A stretch of 64,000 nucleotides of DNA from Patescibacteria group bacterium (GCA_018819405.1 JAHJQF010000001.1:665676-729675), one strand, 5' to 3'; positions 8,977 to 17,575 are shown, counted from the first letter of the stretch. Translations and numbers: made by a program. Notes: generated from the letters alone by a model not told the origin.

Positions 8977-9597
8977 TTATCTCATTATAAACCACATGAC
9001 AGTGACTATTGCCCAAGTGATGACATTGCCTAGCTCGCCAATAAATAGTCCTTTGGTACTCCTATCCCAACCTCCTTGGTGGGCGTTTATCCAGACTTGT
9101 AAAAATCTGGGGAAAGAAGTGATGTGACTGGCTATCAGAGAAACAGTGGGTAGACCTTCGGAACTACCGGCTTGGTAGATGACATAGGCCATCCATAGTT
9201 GAGGGATGCCTTTGCACCACATCGACAAAAAACCTTTGGCAACATCATCTTTATAACTGCCAAATTTGTAGATGGTTGTCATAGATAGTCCAGAGACTAA
9301 TATGACAACTATTGTGTCTCCGTGTTGCCAGCGAATAGATCGTATTCCGATGATAAACAATCAGGTAAAAATGGCGATAAATTGAATAAAAATACTGATG
9401 ATTCGGCGCCGATCTACCGTGGGATTGTTACGGTAGGAAGACACAGACAGAACTAGGCTAAAACACAGGTAGGCGACAAATAGCAGCCACAAGGCTAGGG
9501 TCAGCCCTTTTGTATGACCACTAAAGACCTGTATAGTCTGAAACAGAGCATAGGTCCAAGCCGCAATGACTTGGATCCAAAAGAGGATTCTAGTCAT
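8977..9597 (-). pseudogene. Multi-pass membrane protein (PQ-loop/SemiSWEET-like) split by one in-frame TGA
   Basis: ORFs 9361-9597 and 8977-9360 are contiguous and in the same frame, separated only by TGA at 9361-9363; hydrophobic throughout; contains IPQLW. Confidence 0.6.
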
Positions 9598-9646
9598 GAC
9601 TTTGGCCTTTCTCTTTGAGTTGGTAATGAAACAAAACGGACTAGCG

Positions 9647-9675
9647 ACTATATCATATTTTGTCTATTTTGTCAA
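9647..9675 (-). promoter_or_regulatory. sigma70-type promoter with extended -10
   Basis: TTGACA-17 nt-TATAGT with TG upstream of -10, on the minus strand. Confidence 0.75.
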
Positions 9676-9691
9676 TGATAAATAATATAAA

Positions 9692-9729
9692 AAGAAAAAC
9701 CGTCTTGTATGAACAAGATGGTTTTTCTT
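9692..9729 (-). terminator. Intrinsic terminator (bidirectional shape)
   Basis: aagaaaaaccgtcttgt-atga-acaagatggtttttctt. Confidence 0.7.
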
Positions 9730-9764
9730 GTTCACAACGACGGTTGGTGAGAGATCTACTTGGG

Positions 9765-10007
9765 TTAGCTCTCGGGAGTTTCCGACATGAGCTGGTCTTT
9801 GTTGTCCAGCAGTCGCTGGCGGACGATCAGAGCTTGCTCGCTCAAGTCTTCCAAGTAGTTGGCCAGCATCTCGACCGTGCAACTCGGACCAATGACACTC
9901 CGAACATCTCGGAGTATCCTCATGATATGGACCAGGTTGATGGAGGTGGAGAGTTCTTCGTTGGTTCCGACCTGTCGGAGCAGTTCGTAAGTGTGAATTA
10001 CTTTCAT
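9765..10007 (-). CDS. Hypothetical protein (GC-rich cassette)
   Basis: 80 aa; SD AAGGAG; own promoter (TTGACA-17-TATAAA at 10059-10087) and terminator. Confidence 0.7.
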   Translation of the reverse strand: MKVIHTYELLRQVGTNEELSTSINLVHIMRILRDVRSVIGPSCTVEMLANYLEDLSEQALIVRQRLLDNKDQLMSETPES

Positions 10008-10141
10008 AGTGATCTCCTTGGTGGGTGTTTGTGGGTGGGAGGGAACTTTGTATATCTTTTTATATATTATTTAATACTTTTTGTCAATGAAAAAACCGCC
10101 TCACAAGAAGAACGGTTTTTCCCGTTGTTTGAGGGCGGTGT

Positions 10142-10434
10142 TTATTTGCCGAAGATTTCAGCGATATTTCGGCTGATTTCATCACCGGTCAGGGGACATA
10201 GCTCCTTGATGTTGATGGTATAGCCTTCTTGGTTGGTGGTCAGACCTTTTTCCAGGTAGTACCCCCAGCGTACTTGATGCATTTACGGTAGCCTTCGGGC
10301 GCTTGGTTGTGGCAACTACTGGAAATAATGATGCGTAGATTCCGATCAAGTAGCCAGGTGGCTGAAGGCGCCAAATCGCGCTGGTTGATTGTACGGCCAC
10401 ACTGTTTGGTGCAGCCACAGTTGTAGGTGTCCAC
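10142..10434 (-). pseudogene. Cys-containing hypothetical protein, apparently frameshifted at a G5 run
   Basis: GTG start after SD AAGGA. Adding one G at 10262-10266 joins it to a frame reading YYLEKGLTTNQEGYTINIKELCPLTGDEISRNIAEIFGK*, which ends just before a terminator. Confidence 0.5.
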
Positions 10435-10618
10435 GTCTTTCCTTTCCGGTGATTTGGTGTGGTGGTTGGTACATAAATAATTATTATTTCTATAACATTT
10501 TGTCTATTTTGTCAATATAATAGTAAGCTGAGTTGATTTTTTTTCTTATAAATGGGAAAATATTAGAAGTATTAGTGTTGCTAAAATAGGAGATTTCTTA
10601 AAAAATCAGTTTTTCTTT

Positions 10619-11815
10619 ATGCTAAAAAAAATAGTTGTTACAGTTTTGATAATAATATTTTCCTTGGCCGCTTATTTTGGCGGTCAAGCACTTTATTGGT
10701 ATATCAAAAGTGCTCCAGAGCGCGCTTTGGGAAAAGCTCAGGCTCAGGCTGTAGAGGATTTGCTTGTTTTACGTCGGAAAGAGCAGTTGACTAATAGTCA
10801 GGATAATCCTTTTAATGATAATGGCCGAGTTAGTATTCTTTTTATTGGTTTGGACAAGCGAGCAAGCGATGACAATTCTGGACATTGTGATGCTATCCAG
10901 CTGATAGAAATTGATAAAAATATTAATCAAGTGATGATAACAGCTGTGCCAAGGGGTACTTATTCGCCTCTGCCACTGGGCAAGGGCGCGACCTCATCTG
11001 ATTATTATATTTCTAATGCCTGTGATCTGGGTGGTTTGGAATATGGTATCAAACAAATTGAAAAAGTATTGGGCAAAAAGGCTGATTATCTGGCTATAGT
11101 TGGTTTTTCTCAAACTCTAGGTATTTTGCGTAATTTGCAATTGCCGGCAGTGGATACTTTGCGTTGGCTACGCCATCGTCAGAGTTATGCAGTTGGTGAG
11201 CCTCAAAGAGCCCATAATCATTCCACTTTTATCAAGCAAATGGCTCTCAAATATCTAAGTAACGATATTTCTAAAATAGATTTGGCTTGGCAGTATTTAC
11301 TTTACAAAAAAGTGCAGACTGATTTGAGTTTTGACCAAGTAAAAATAATAGTGCGGGCGCTCTCAGAAATGGGCTTGGCGCAAAATCCAGACAATATCAA
11401 ACTTGCTATGCAGCCACCTTATGTAGTAGATGATATTAGCTATGATCCGGAAAATCTAGGCGCTTATCTGGATTCAAGACTGGAGCCAATAAAGCATTTA
11501 TTGTCAGTGGCTGACTATCAAGGACTGGATCAGGAGACGGTGCAGCAAAAATTGCTAGCTAGTATTACAGACCAAAAAGATAATCCCGAGTTTGTCACTT
11601 GGGCTTATCAAAATTATCTTTGGCAGCAAATAGATGATGAAGATTTGCGCTATCAGAATCAATACGATTTACTAGTAGCTTATTTAGATACGATGGAGGA
11701 GGCTAGTGAGCGCCAGGCAGTAATTGGTGATTATATTTTGGAAATGGAATATTATGGAGAAGATTTTTGGGTTCAGGCTGGTCATGAGCTTTTACTCTAT
11801 GAATTGGGTTATTAA
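10619..11815 (+). CDS. LytR-CpsA-Psr (LCP) family protein
   Basis: N-terminal TM; VSILFIGLDKR...HCDAIQL...ITAVPRG; WLRHR. Confidence 0.8.
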   Translation: MLKKIVVTVLIIIFSLAAYFGGQALYWYIKSAPERALGKAQAQAVEDLLVLRRKEQLTNSQDNPFNDNGRVSILFIGLDKRASDDNSGHCDAIQLIEIDKNINQVMITAVPRGTYSPLPLGKGATSSDYYISNACDLGGLEYGIKQIEKVLGKKADYLAIVGFSQTLGILRNLQLPAVDTLRWLRHRQSYAVGEPQRAHNHSTFIKQMALKYLSNDISKIDLAWQYLLYKKVQTDLSFDQVKIIVRALSEMGLAQNPDNIKLAMQPPYVVDDISYDPENLGAYLDSRLEPIKHLLSVADYQGLDQETVQQKLLASITDQKDNPEFVTWAYQNYLWQQIDDEDLRYQNQYDLLVAYLDTMEEASERQAVIGDYILEMEYYGEDFWVQAGHELLLYELGY

Positions 11816-11854
11816 ATTTTTAAACAAGATAAAATATAAATAAAGAATAAAATT

Positions 11855-12604
11855 ATGTATATCTCTCTAGATATCGGTGCTACCAATACCCGTATGGCAG
11901 CTAGTCAATCTCTAGATGATGTCCAGTTGACTGCTAAAACTATTTTCCCGACCAATCAATTTTTTGAGTCTGGTATCTCAGAAATTATAATAAAAATCAA
12001 AAAAATTTCAGAACATCCTGAAGCAATTGGTATTGGGATTGCTGGTCGGGTGTCTGAGGGTGAACTGGAGGCCTCTACTAATCTGCCGGATTGGGTAAAT
12101 AAAAAATTAGTCAAAAGACTAAACAATGAATTTGATTGTCCGGTTTATATAGCCAATGACGCTGTGGCTCAGGGTTTGGCGGAAGTTTATTTTGGTCACG
12201 GCTTAAAAGAAAAATTTTTGTATCTGGTCTTAGGTACCGGCTTGGGAGGAGCTATAGTAGATGGTCAAAGTAAAAAAGCGGGCTCTATAAAATTTGATAG
12301 GGAGTTTTTGAGGACTTGGGAGCAAAAATTTGGTGGCAAGAATATAAAAAACATATTTGGCAAATCAGCTGAAAATTTGTCAGACAGCCAGTGGCAAATA
12401 GTGACTGATGATTTTAGCGATTGTATCAAAGATTTGTCTAGTAGAGTGTCGGTAAAATATATTATCTTAAGTGGTGGTATGATAGATAAACAAAAAGATA
12501 GATTTGTCAGGGCTTTATCTAATATCCAAAAGCCAAAGATTTTGTTTTCGGACTTGAGAGATGATATTGGATTATATGGTAGTTTAGCTTTGATAAAAAA
12601 ATAA
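11855..12604 (+). CDS. ROK family sugar kinase
   Basis: LDIGATN, IANDA, LGTGLGG. Confidence 0.9.
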   Translation: MYISLDIGATNTRMAASQSLDDVQLTAKTIFPTNQFFESGISEIIIKIKKISEHPEAIGIGIAGRVSEGELEASTNLPDWVNKKLVKRLNNEFDCPVYIANDAVAQGLAEVYFGHGLKEKFLYLVLGTGLGGAIVDGQSKKAGSIKFDREFLRTWEQKFGGKNIKNIFGKSAENLSDSQWQIVTDDFSDCIKDLSSRVSVKYIILSGGMIDKQKDRFVRALSNIQKPKILFSDLRDDIGLYGSLALIKK

Positions 12605-12630
12605 AAAACAACCCGTCGGGTTGTTTTTTT
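12604..12630. terminator. Bidirectional terminator
   Basis: aaaaaacaaccc-gtc-gggttgtttttt between convergent genes. Confidence 0.7.
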
Positions 12631-12635
12631 GTTGT

Positions 12636-12992
12636 TTATCCTCTATATATATTATGAAATTTCATTTTTTTACCTTTGAAAAAATCTCGGCAAAACTTTT
12701 TGGCTTTTGGTGTAGAAAATTTCTTGCAGCTAAAGATATCAATAAAGACCCGATTGTATATTTCGTCACAATGTACAGTGATATTTGATGTTTGTATCAG
12801 CTGTACAGCTGTATTGCCTTCTAGGTCACCGTCGCCAAACCTTTTGACTATTGGTTTTCCATAAGGAACCATATCAATTTCTTTACACAGATCCAGGCAG
12901 AATTTTCCCAATCCCTTTTTATTAGTAATTGGCTCCCTGTCACAGTCGTAAAGATCAATGGACAAAAGCTGTCCCCAGATTTTTTTATTCAT
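12636..12992 (-). CDS. speD: S-adenosylmethionine decarboxylase-family (pyruvoyl) protein
   Basis: WGQLLSIDLYDC, LIQTSNITVH (autocleavage Ser), FIDIFSCK. Confidence 0.8.
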   Translation of the reverse strand: MNKKIWGQLLSIDLYDCDREPITNKKGLGKFCLDLCKEIDMVPYGKPIVKRFGDGDLEGNTAVQLIQTSNITVHCDEIYNRVFIDIFSCKKFSTPKAKKFCRDFFKGKKMKFHNIYRG

Positions 12993-13300
12993 CTCTTTTA
13001 CATAAAATGCTAAAAGCTTAGTTAATTAAATGTTTGATAATTTTAGCAGAAAGATTTTAAAATATCAATACTTTTTGGGTTATTTGTGGATATCTTTTTA
13101 AAATCAGGGGGAGTATAATGAAAATATGGAAAAGATCAATGATATATGTTACTATGTTTAATAGATTAGATCATTATAATAGGATATATTAAGAAAATCT
13201 AGCCAAGGTGGCTAGGTTAAAGCAACTCTTTTTTTGAAAGGAGGATTTTGTCAGAAGACAGTGCCGCTTTAAACCCTCCACCCCACCTGGAGAGAAAACC

Positions 13301-13609
13301 ATGAAGAAAGTGTTGTACATCGTCATTTTCGCGCTGTTTTCATATTCGCTGGCCTTGGCCGGCGATCCCATCGATGGCAACGACGAGCCGATGAGGTCTG
13401 CTACGACCACGTCTGTGGCCGGCGATCCCATCGATGGCAACGATCATCCGATGAGGTCTGCTACGACCATGTCTGTGGCCGGCGATCCCATCGACGGCAA
13501 CGATCATCCGATGAGGTCTGCTACGACCACGTCTGTGGCCGGCGAACCCATCGACGGAAACGACGGACCGGTATATCTGTGGCAGGTGATTTTCTACCTG
13601 CTGTTCTAG
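13301..13609 (+). CDS. Secreted small protein with 20-aa tandem repeats (GC-rich cassette)
   Basis: Signal peptide ending ALA; about 3.5 copies of AGDPIDGND(E/H)PMRSATT(T/M)SV; hydrophobic C-terminus; SD GGAG. Confidence 0.8.
   Translation: MKKVLYIVIFALFSYSLALAGDPIDGNDEPMRSATTTSVAGDPIDGNDHPMRSATTMSVAGDPIDGNDHPMRSATTTSVAGEPIDGNDGPVYLWQVIFYLLF
13356..13570 (+). repeat. 60-bp in-frame tandem repeat, about 3.5 copies
   Basis: Unit tggccggcgatcccatcgatggcaacga...gatgaggtctgctacgaccacgtctg starts at 13356, 13416, 13476 and (partial) 13536. Confidence 0.95.
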
Positions 13610-13629
13610 AGCCGGCATCAATCCAACCG

Positions 13630-13663
13630 GGGCACCTATTAGCTAGTAGGTGCCCTGTTTTTT
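13630..13663 (+). terminator. Intrinsic terminator
   Basis: gggcaccta-N8-taggtgccc followed by tgtttttt. Confidence 0.8.
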
Positions 13664-13710
13664 ATTATAAACTATAGCTACTATTGTGTTATATTGTTTA
13701 TTTTTGCAAA

Positions 13711-13739
13711 TTGACAATAAACTAATTTTATAGTATTAT
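13711..13739 (+). promoter_or_regulatory. sigma70 promoter of tRNA-Gln
   Basis: TTGACA-17 nt-TATTAT. Confidence 0.7.
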
Positions 13740-13759
13740 ATCTGCGTATTTTGAACTAT

Positions 13760-13833
13760 TCGGGGATCGTCTAATGGTAGGACAACGGGTTTTGGTCCCG
13801 TCAATCGGGGTTCGACTCCCTGTCCCCGAGCCA
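13760..13833 (+). tRNA. tRNA-Gln (anticodon TTG)
   Basis: Cloverleaf: acceptor TCGGGGA/TCCCCGA, anticodon stem ACGGG/CCCGT with loop TT-TTG-GT, T-loop TTCGACT, encoded CCA. Confidence 0.96.
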
Positions 13834-13961
13834 AACGAACAAGGTGAGTGTAGGCTCGGGTTAAAAAAATCCGAGTCGAAGACGAGGTTCCTAAGATGCT
13901 GTGCAATAGCACAGCGCCCCGAGCCAAACGAACAAGGTGAGTGTAGGCTCGAGTTAAAAAA
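13824..13961 (+). repeat. tRNA-3'-linked repeat, 93-bp period
   Basis: 13824-13868 and 13917-13961 match at 44/45 positions and begin with the tRNA 3' end ccccgagcca. Confidence 0.9.
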
Positions 13962-14052
13962 TAGATGAAATTTATATTTCATTTTTTTATTTGTATATTT
14001 TTTTATTAGATGATAAAATTTAAATCAAGATTGTTAATTCTTATATTATTTT

Positions 14053-14271
14053 ATGGCTAAGAAAAAATTAACTTTGAGTTATTTGGTGGATAATCTTTTT
14101 ATTGTAGTTGGTCTTGTTTTAATTTGGCGGGGCGTTTGGTATATATTGGATGCATTGGATTTGTTAATTTTCAATGGTAATCATTCTTGGACAGCTTTAG
14201 GTGGTGTTGTTTTGGGTTTGTTGATATTGTATTTGCCTGATAAAGATTTGAAAGAAATTAGTAAGTTGTAG
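14053..14271 (+). CDS. Small 2-TM membrane protein
   Basis: 72 aa, VLIWRGVWYILD motif, two hydrophobic segments; terminator at 14302-14326. Confidence 0.75.
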   Translation: MAKKKLTLSYLVDNLFIVVGLVLIWRGVWYILDALDLLIFNGNHSWTALGGVVLGLLILYLPDKDLKEISKL

Positions 14272-14338
14272 TGAATAAAGATTTTTTTAGGAAAATAAAT
14301 TACAGAGCTCTTGGGCTCTGTTTTTTGTTCCTATTATA

Positions 14339-14367
14339 TTGACATAATAAGTTATTTATATTATAGT
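14339..14367 (+). promoter_or_regulatory. sigma70 promoter
   Basis: TTGACA-17 nt-TATAGT. Confidence 0.7.
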
Positions 14368-14427
14368 TAAATGTTAATTTAGGCACTTTGAAAAGTGAGT
14401 GTTTTCAAAACAGAGGGAGGCAGTAAA

Positions 14428-15609
14428 ATGCGCGCTAGCACAAAGAAAAGTCAGTTTGTCGCCTTGTTTGTTGTTTTTTTGGTCATGGCCATTGGTTTTG
14501 GCTCTGGCTTTGGAAGCGATGAACAGGTGATGGAAATTTGGCACTGGCAAGAGGATTGGCGTCTGGGCGGAGAAGACGAGAGTTTTATCTTCGCCTCAAT
14601 TAGCAAGGTGCTTTTGGGTCATGACAACAATTTGTACATCTTGGATGGCAGAAGTTCCAAGATTTATGTTGTTGCTGTTGCCGATGGCAAGCACCAAAGA
14701 ACCATCAGCATTTCTGGCGAAGGGCCAGGTGAGCTCAGTTTTTCCGGCAATATGTTTTTGATGGGTGATGAGCACATTGGTCTTTTGCGGACCACTCCGG
14801 CCAAAATCGTCTATATTGATTACCAAGGGAAACCTGGGCCAAGCATTTACTTGAATGAGAATCCTTCTGGCATGTTTCTCTCTACCTTTGCCAAATGGCA
14901 AAATGGTATATTGGTTATTGCCGGAAGCAATTCTATTCCCGGAGAAACTTGGCTCGGCCAATACGTTGAGTATGGTGAGAAGTTTCGTTATGTCAACTAT
15001 CCTTTGCGTTCCTTGTTTCTTGAACAAAAGTTAGTGGAAGAGGATACCTATTTTTACTCTTACAAACCTTGGGATCTTGATAAAGATGGCAATCTTTATC
15101 TTGCTCCTTATTGGGGTGATAAGAGTAAAAATGAATATCACTTCAATGTATATGACACGCAGGGGAAAAAGCTACGAGAGATCAGTCATGAATTTGAGCC
15201 ATACGAGCGTTCAAATGAGGAGAAACGCTTGGCAAAGGCTTCACTTGTGGGCGGTGTCGAGGACTTGAAGATGATGGAGAGCTTGGGCGGTGAATGTGTA
15301 GTTGAAGATATTGCGCCAAATATCTTTGACATTACCATTCACTCTGATGGTAGGATTTGGGTGGAAACCAGTCGTAGCGCAAAGAATCAGCCCGAGGGCA
15401 TATTCAAAACCTACGACATTTTCCTGCCAAGTGGCGAGTTTTCCCATCGGGTAGCGCTAGCTTTGCCGGCCAACGGAGAAAAAGACATAGTTTACTTTAT
15501 TTCTGACGACCAGCTCATTGTGGTCAAAGGCCAAAAAGATATATTGAGTTTTGGCGCGTATCCGGATGCCGATGTTTTGGAAATTATTTGCTACTCTCTA
15601 TCAAGGTGA
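14428..15609 (+). CDS. Secreted 6-bladed beta-propeller (NHL-like) protein (GC-rich cassette)
   Basis: ATG at 14428 after SD GGGAGG; signal peptide; WRLGGEDE...NLYILD...GEGPGEL and DKDGNLY blades. Confidence 0.8.
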   Translation: MRASTKKSQFVALFVVFLVMAIGFGSGFGSDEQVMEIWHWQEDWRLGGEDESFIFASISKVLLGHDNNLYILDGRSSKIYVVAVADGKHQRTISISGEGPGELSFSGNMFLMGDEHIGLLRTTPAKIVYIDYQGKPGPSIYLNENPSGMFLSTFAKWQNGILVIAGSNSIPGETWLGQYVEYGEKFRYVNYPLRSLFLEQKLVEEDTYFYSYKPWDLDKDGNLYLAPYWGDKSKNEYHFNVYDTQGKKLREISHEFEPYERSNEEKRLAKASLVGGVEDLKMMESLGGECVVEDIAPNIFDITIHSDGRIWVETSRSAKNQPEGIFKTYDIFLPSGEFSHRVALALPANGEKDIVYFISDDQLIVVKGQKDILSFGAYPDADVLEIICYSLSR

Positions 15610-15626
15610 TAGAGAAAGGAGGTCAA

Positions 15627-15705
15627 GAGAGGTCAATAAGTATATTGGCCTCTCATTTTTTTTGATCAAAAAAAGAGGACTCGTTTGTAACAGTGACGAG
15701 TCCCC
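15627..15705. terminator. Back-to-back intrinsic terminators of convergent cassettes
   Basis: gagaggtcaata/tattggcctctc plus T-run (+ strand), and A-run plus ggactcgt/acgagtcc (- strand). Confidence 0.7.
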
Positions 15706-15734
15706 GGAAGAAGTGTCTGGCGCCGAGTTGGTGT

Positions 15735-16058
15735 TTAGGCGCGCAGATGATAGGTGGTCACGGTGTCGCCGGCGTCGTCGACCTCGATAATAGTCGTTTC
15801 TTCGACGTTCTCCGCGGGACCTTGCACGAAGTCCCATTCCCATTCCTGGCCCTCCAGCTGCATGTAGGCCAGACACATCGCGTTCCAGCCCCAGGACTCC
15901 CAGTTGTGCTCCTCGGCTGCTGTGCAAGCGACCGGAAGCAAATCCTGCTCCTGGGTCTCCGAGGAGACAACAGCGGCCTCACTGGTCTGAGGCATGATCA
16001 TGATGATGACACCGATCGCCAAGAAGGCGATGAGTGCCATCGTGGTGAGCTTCTTCAT
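15735..16058 (-). CDS. Secreted acidic hypothetical protein (GC-rich cassette)
   Basis: 107 aa, signal peptide, SD GAGGA, GC3-rich codons. Confidence 0.75.
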   Translation of the reverse strand: MKKLTTMALIAFLAIGVIIMIMPQTSEAAVVSSETQEQDLLPVACTAAEEHNWESWGWNAMCLAYMQLEGQEWEWDFVQGPAENVEETTIIEVDDAGDTVTTYHLRA

Positions 16059-16145
16059 CTCTTCCTCTCTTCCCTTTGGGGTTGGCGGTTACTTGGAATT
16101 TACTATAAGTCTCCTTTGTTCTAGAGTGACGGCCACAATGTAATC

Positions 16146-16805
16146 CTAGGGTGTTTTTGCGGCCAGTGTACCAACGATTCCTATTCTAGTTGGGTCTATG
16201 TCCAAGCCAATGAGTTGGTATTGGCTGTACTTTTTGGGTAAACGGACATAAACAGCATTGGGCCGTTTATTGTAATCCGGTTTATTGTTGAATTGCCGGT
16301 TGAAGACAATAGTGCTTTGCCTTGAATCGTATGGCTTGCCCACATTGCCTTCATAGTAAACAGCTAGACAACCAAGGTCATCGGTTTCCACAATAGAGCT
16401 GTCTGGCGTCAAAAATCGGAAGTGAAAGGCTTTTTGAGAGATATTGATGTCTACTCCATCTTTGATGAAAAATCCTAGGACATAGAAAGCAAAATTTTGC
16501 TTTCTGATTTCCCGTCCCATCATGATTTCCAAGGGGCGGGTCCTTGGTAACGTAGCATCAAACTGTGCGAGCACATCGCTAGGTGCGTTCATACCACGCA
16601 GAGTTTCTTTTTTGTCTGCCATCTGGCTTTCAAACTTGGCGATGTTGAACCAACCGCCCTTGACGATTTTGAAGGAGCTGGTGCTGACCAGCTCATTGTG
16701 GTGGGACTTGGTGGTTGCCTGTGTTTGAATTTGTTGATTGGTCACAGCACAGGCCGAGACCAAAAACACACTTGCCAGCAGGATGATATGTAGAAGGCGT
16801 TTCAT
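16146..16805 (-). CDS. Hypothetical lipoprotein
   Basis: Lipobox-like VSAC after a hydrophobic signal; SD GAGGAG; TTGACA at 16906-16911 upstream. Confidence 0.8.
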   Translation of the reverse strand: MKRLLHIILLASVFLVSACAVTNQQIQTQATTKSHHNELVSTSSFKIVKGGWFNIAKFESQMADKKETLRGMNAPSDVLAQFDATLPRTRPLEIMMGREIRKQNFAFYVLGFFIKDGVDINISQKAFHFRFLTPDSSIVETDDLGCLAVYYEGNVGKPYDSRQSTIVFNRQFNNKPDYNKRPNAVYVRLPKKYSQYQLIGLDIDPTRIGIVGTLAAKTP

Positions 16806-16920
16806 TTTAGCTCCTCTTAGGTCCCAAAAAGAACCTTTTGCTTCAGGGTTAGAGAGTTATTTCAAAGGACCATTCACTTATATCTTTATCATTTTCTTTG
16901 TTTTTTGTCAATATTTAAAA

Positions 16921-16972
16921 AAAGGGGGACTCGCCGTAGCCGGGGGGAATTGGCTACAAATGGCGAGTCCCT
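16921..16972 (-). terminator. Intrinsic terminator
   Basis: gggactcgcc-gtagcc...ggctac-ggcgagtccc with an A-run on its left. Confidence 0.65.
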
Positions 16973-17055
16973 GTGCTACCCTCTAGAGGCAGCATTATTA
17001 GCAGTTAAGTATTGACTAACTGCGCAGAGGATAAATGAACATTTTTTCTGGTGGG

Positions 17056-17112
17056 CTACTTCCTGAGCCACCAGAACAGATAAATGAGCGCCAGACTCAT
17101 CTCATAATGCAT
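17056..17112 (-). CDS. Candidate 18-aa hydrophobic peptide MHYEMSLALIYLFWWLRK
   Basis: SD AAGGA upstream of the ATG; lies between the receiver gene and the terminator; too short for the ORF track. Confidence 0.35.
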   Translation of the reverse strand: MHYEMSLALIYLFWWLRK

Positions 17113-17161
17113 GCCGCATTTCCTTTCGTGTGTCTGGGGTTATTTTTCCCCTAGCCAACAA

Positions 17162-17575
17162 TCAGCAGGAAACGGCCAGGAAAGTTTCAATGTACTCCAC
17201 AAAGTGCAGGACATTGAAGGGCTTGGGGAAAAAATGCGCTCCGTAGAGCTTCAACAGGTGTTCGATTTTCTTGGTCTTTTTGTGGCCGACGAGGATCACC
17301 GAACAATTTTTGCCCAGCTCCATGTCGTAGATAAGACCGCAGAGCCAGTTTCCGTCGATACGCTCGGCTTCGGCGATGACCACGTCCGGGAAAGGTCGTG
17401 TCTGGATCAACAACCCGATGACATCGACTGCACTGGTGACCAACTTGGCTTGTTTGTCCTGATTGGACCAGACGATGTTGGCGAGTACTTCATGACCAGC
17501 ACCACTGGTTTCCAGAGCGTGACGAAGGGTCTTGATGGTGTCGGCGTTGTCGTCGTAGATGAAAATGCGAGACAT
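17162..17575 (-). CDS. Atypical response-regulator receiver domain protein
   Basis: Start MSRIFIYDDN after SD AGGAGG; PDVVIAE (Glu at the phospho-Asp position); FFPKPFN. Confidence 0.8.
   Translation of the reverse strand: MSRIFIYDDNADTIKTLRHALETSGAGHEVLANIVWSNQDKQAKLVTSAVDVIGLLIQTRPFPDVVIAEAERIDGNWLCGLIYDMELGKNCSVILVGHKKTKKIEHLLKLYGAHFFPKPFNVLHFVEYIETFLAVSC

Noticed and set aside
9361-9363. Genome-wide TGA recoding (genetic code 25 or 4)
   Set aside because: Conserved genes such as pduL and the GT4 genes end at TGA at the expected length, and long core genes have no internal TGA.
8890-10520. Integron cassette array
   Set aside because: No intI gene and no recognisable attC sites; the hairpins are terminators with T-runs.
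13356-13570. CRISPR array
   Set aside because: Contiguous 60-bp in-frame coding repeats with no unique spacers, and no cas genes in the window.
13728-13982. ORFs overlapping tRNA-Gln and its repeat
   Set aside because: Explained by the tRNA and the repeat; no protein-like features.
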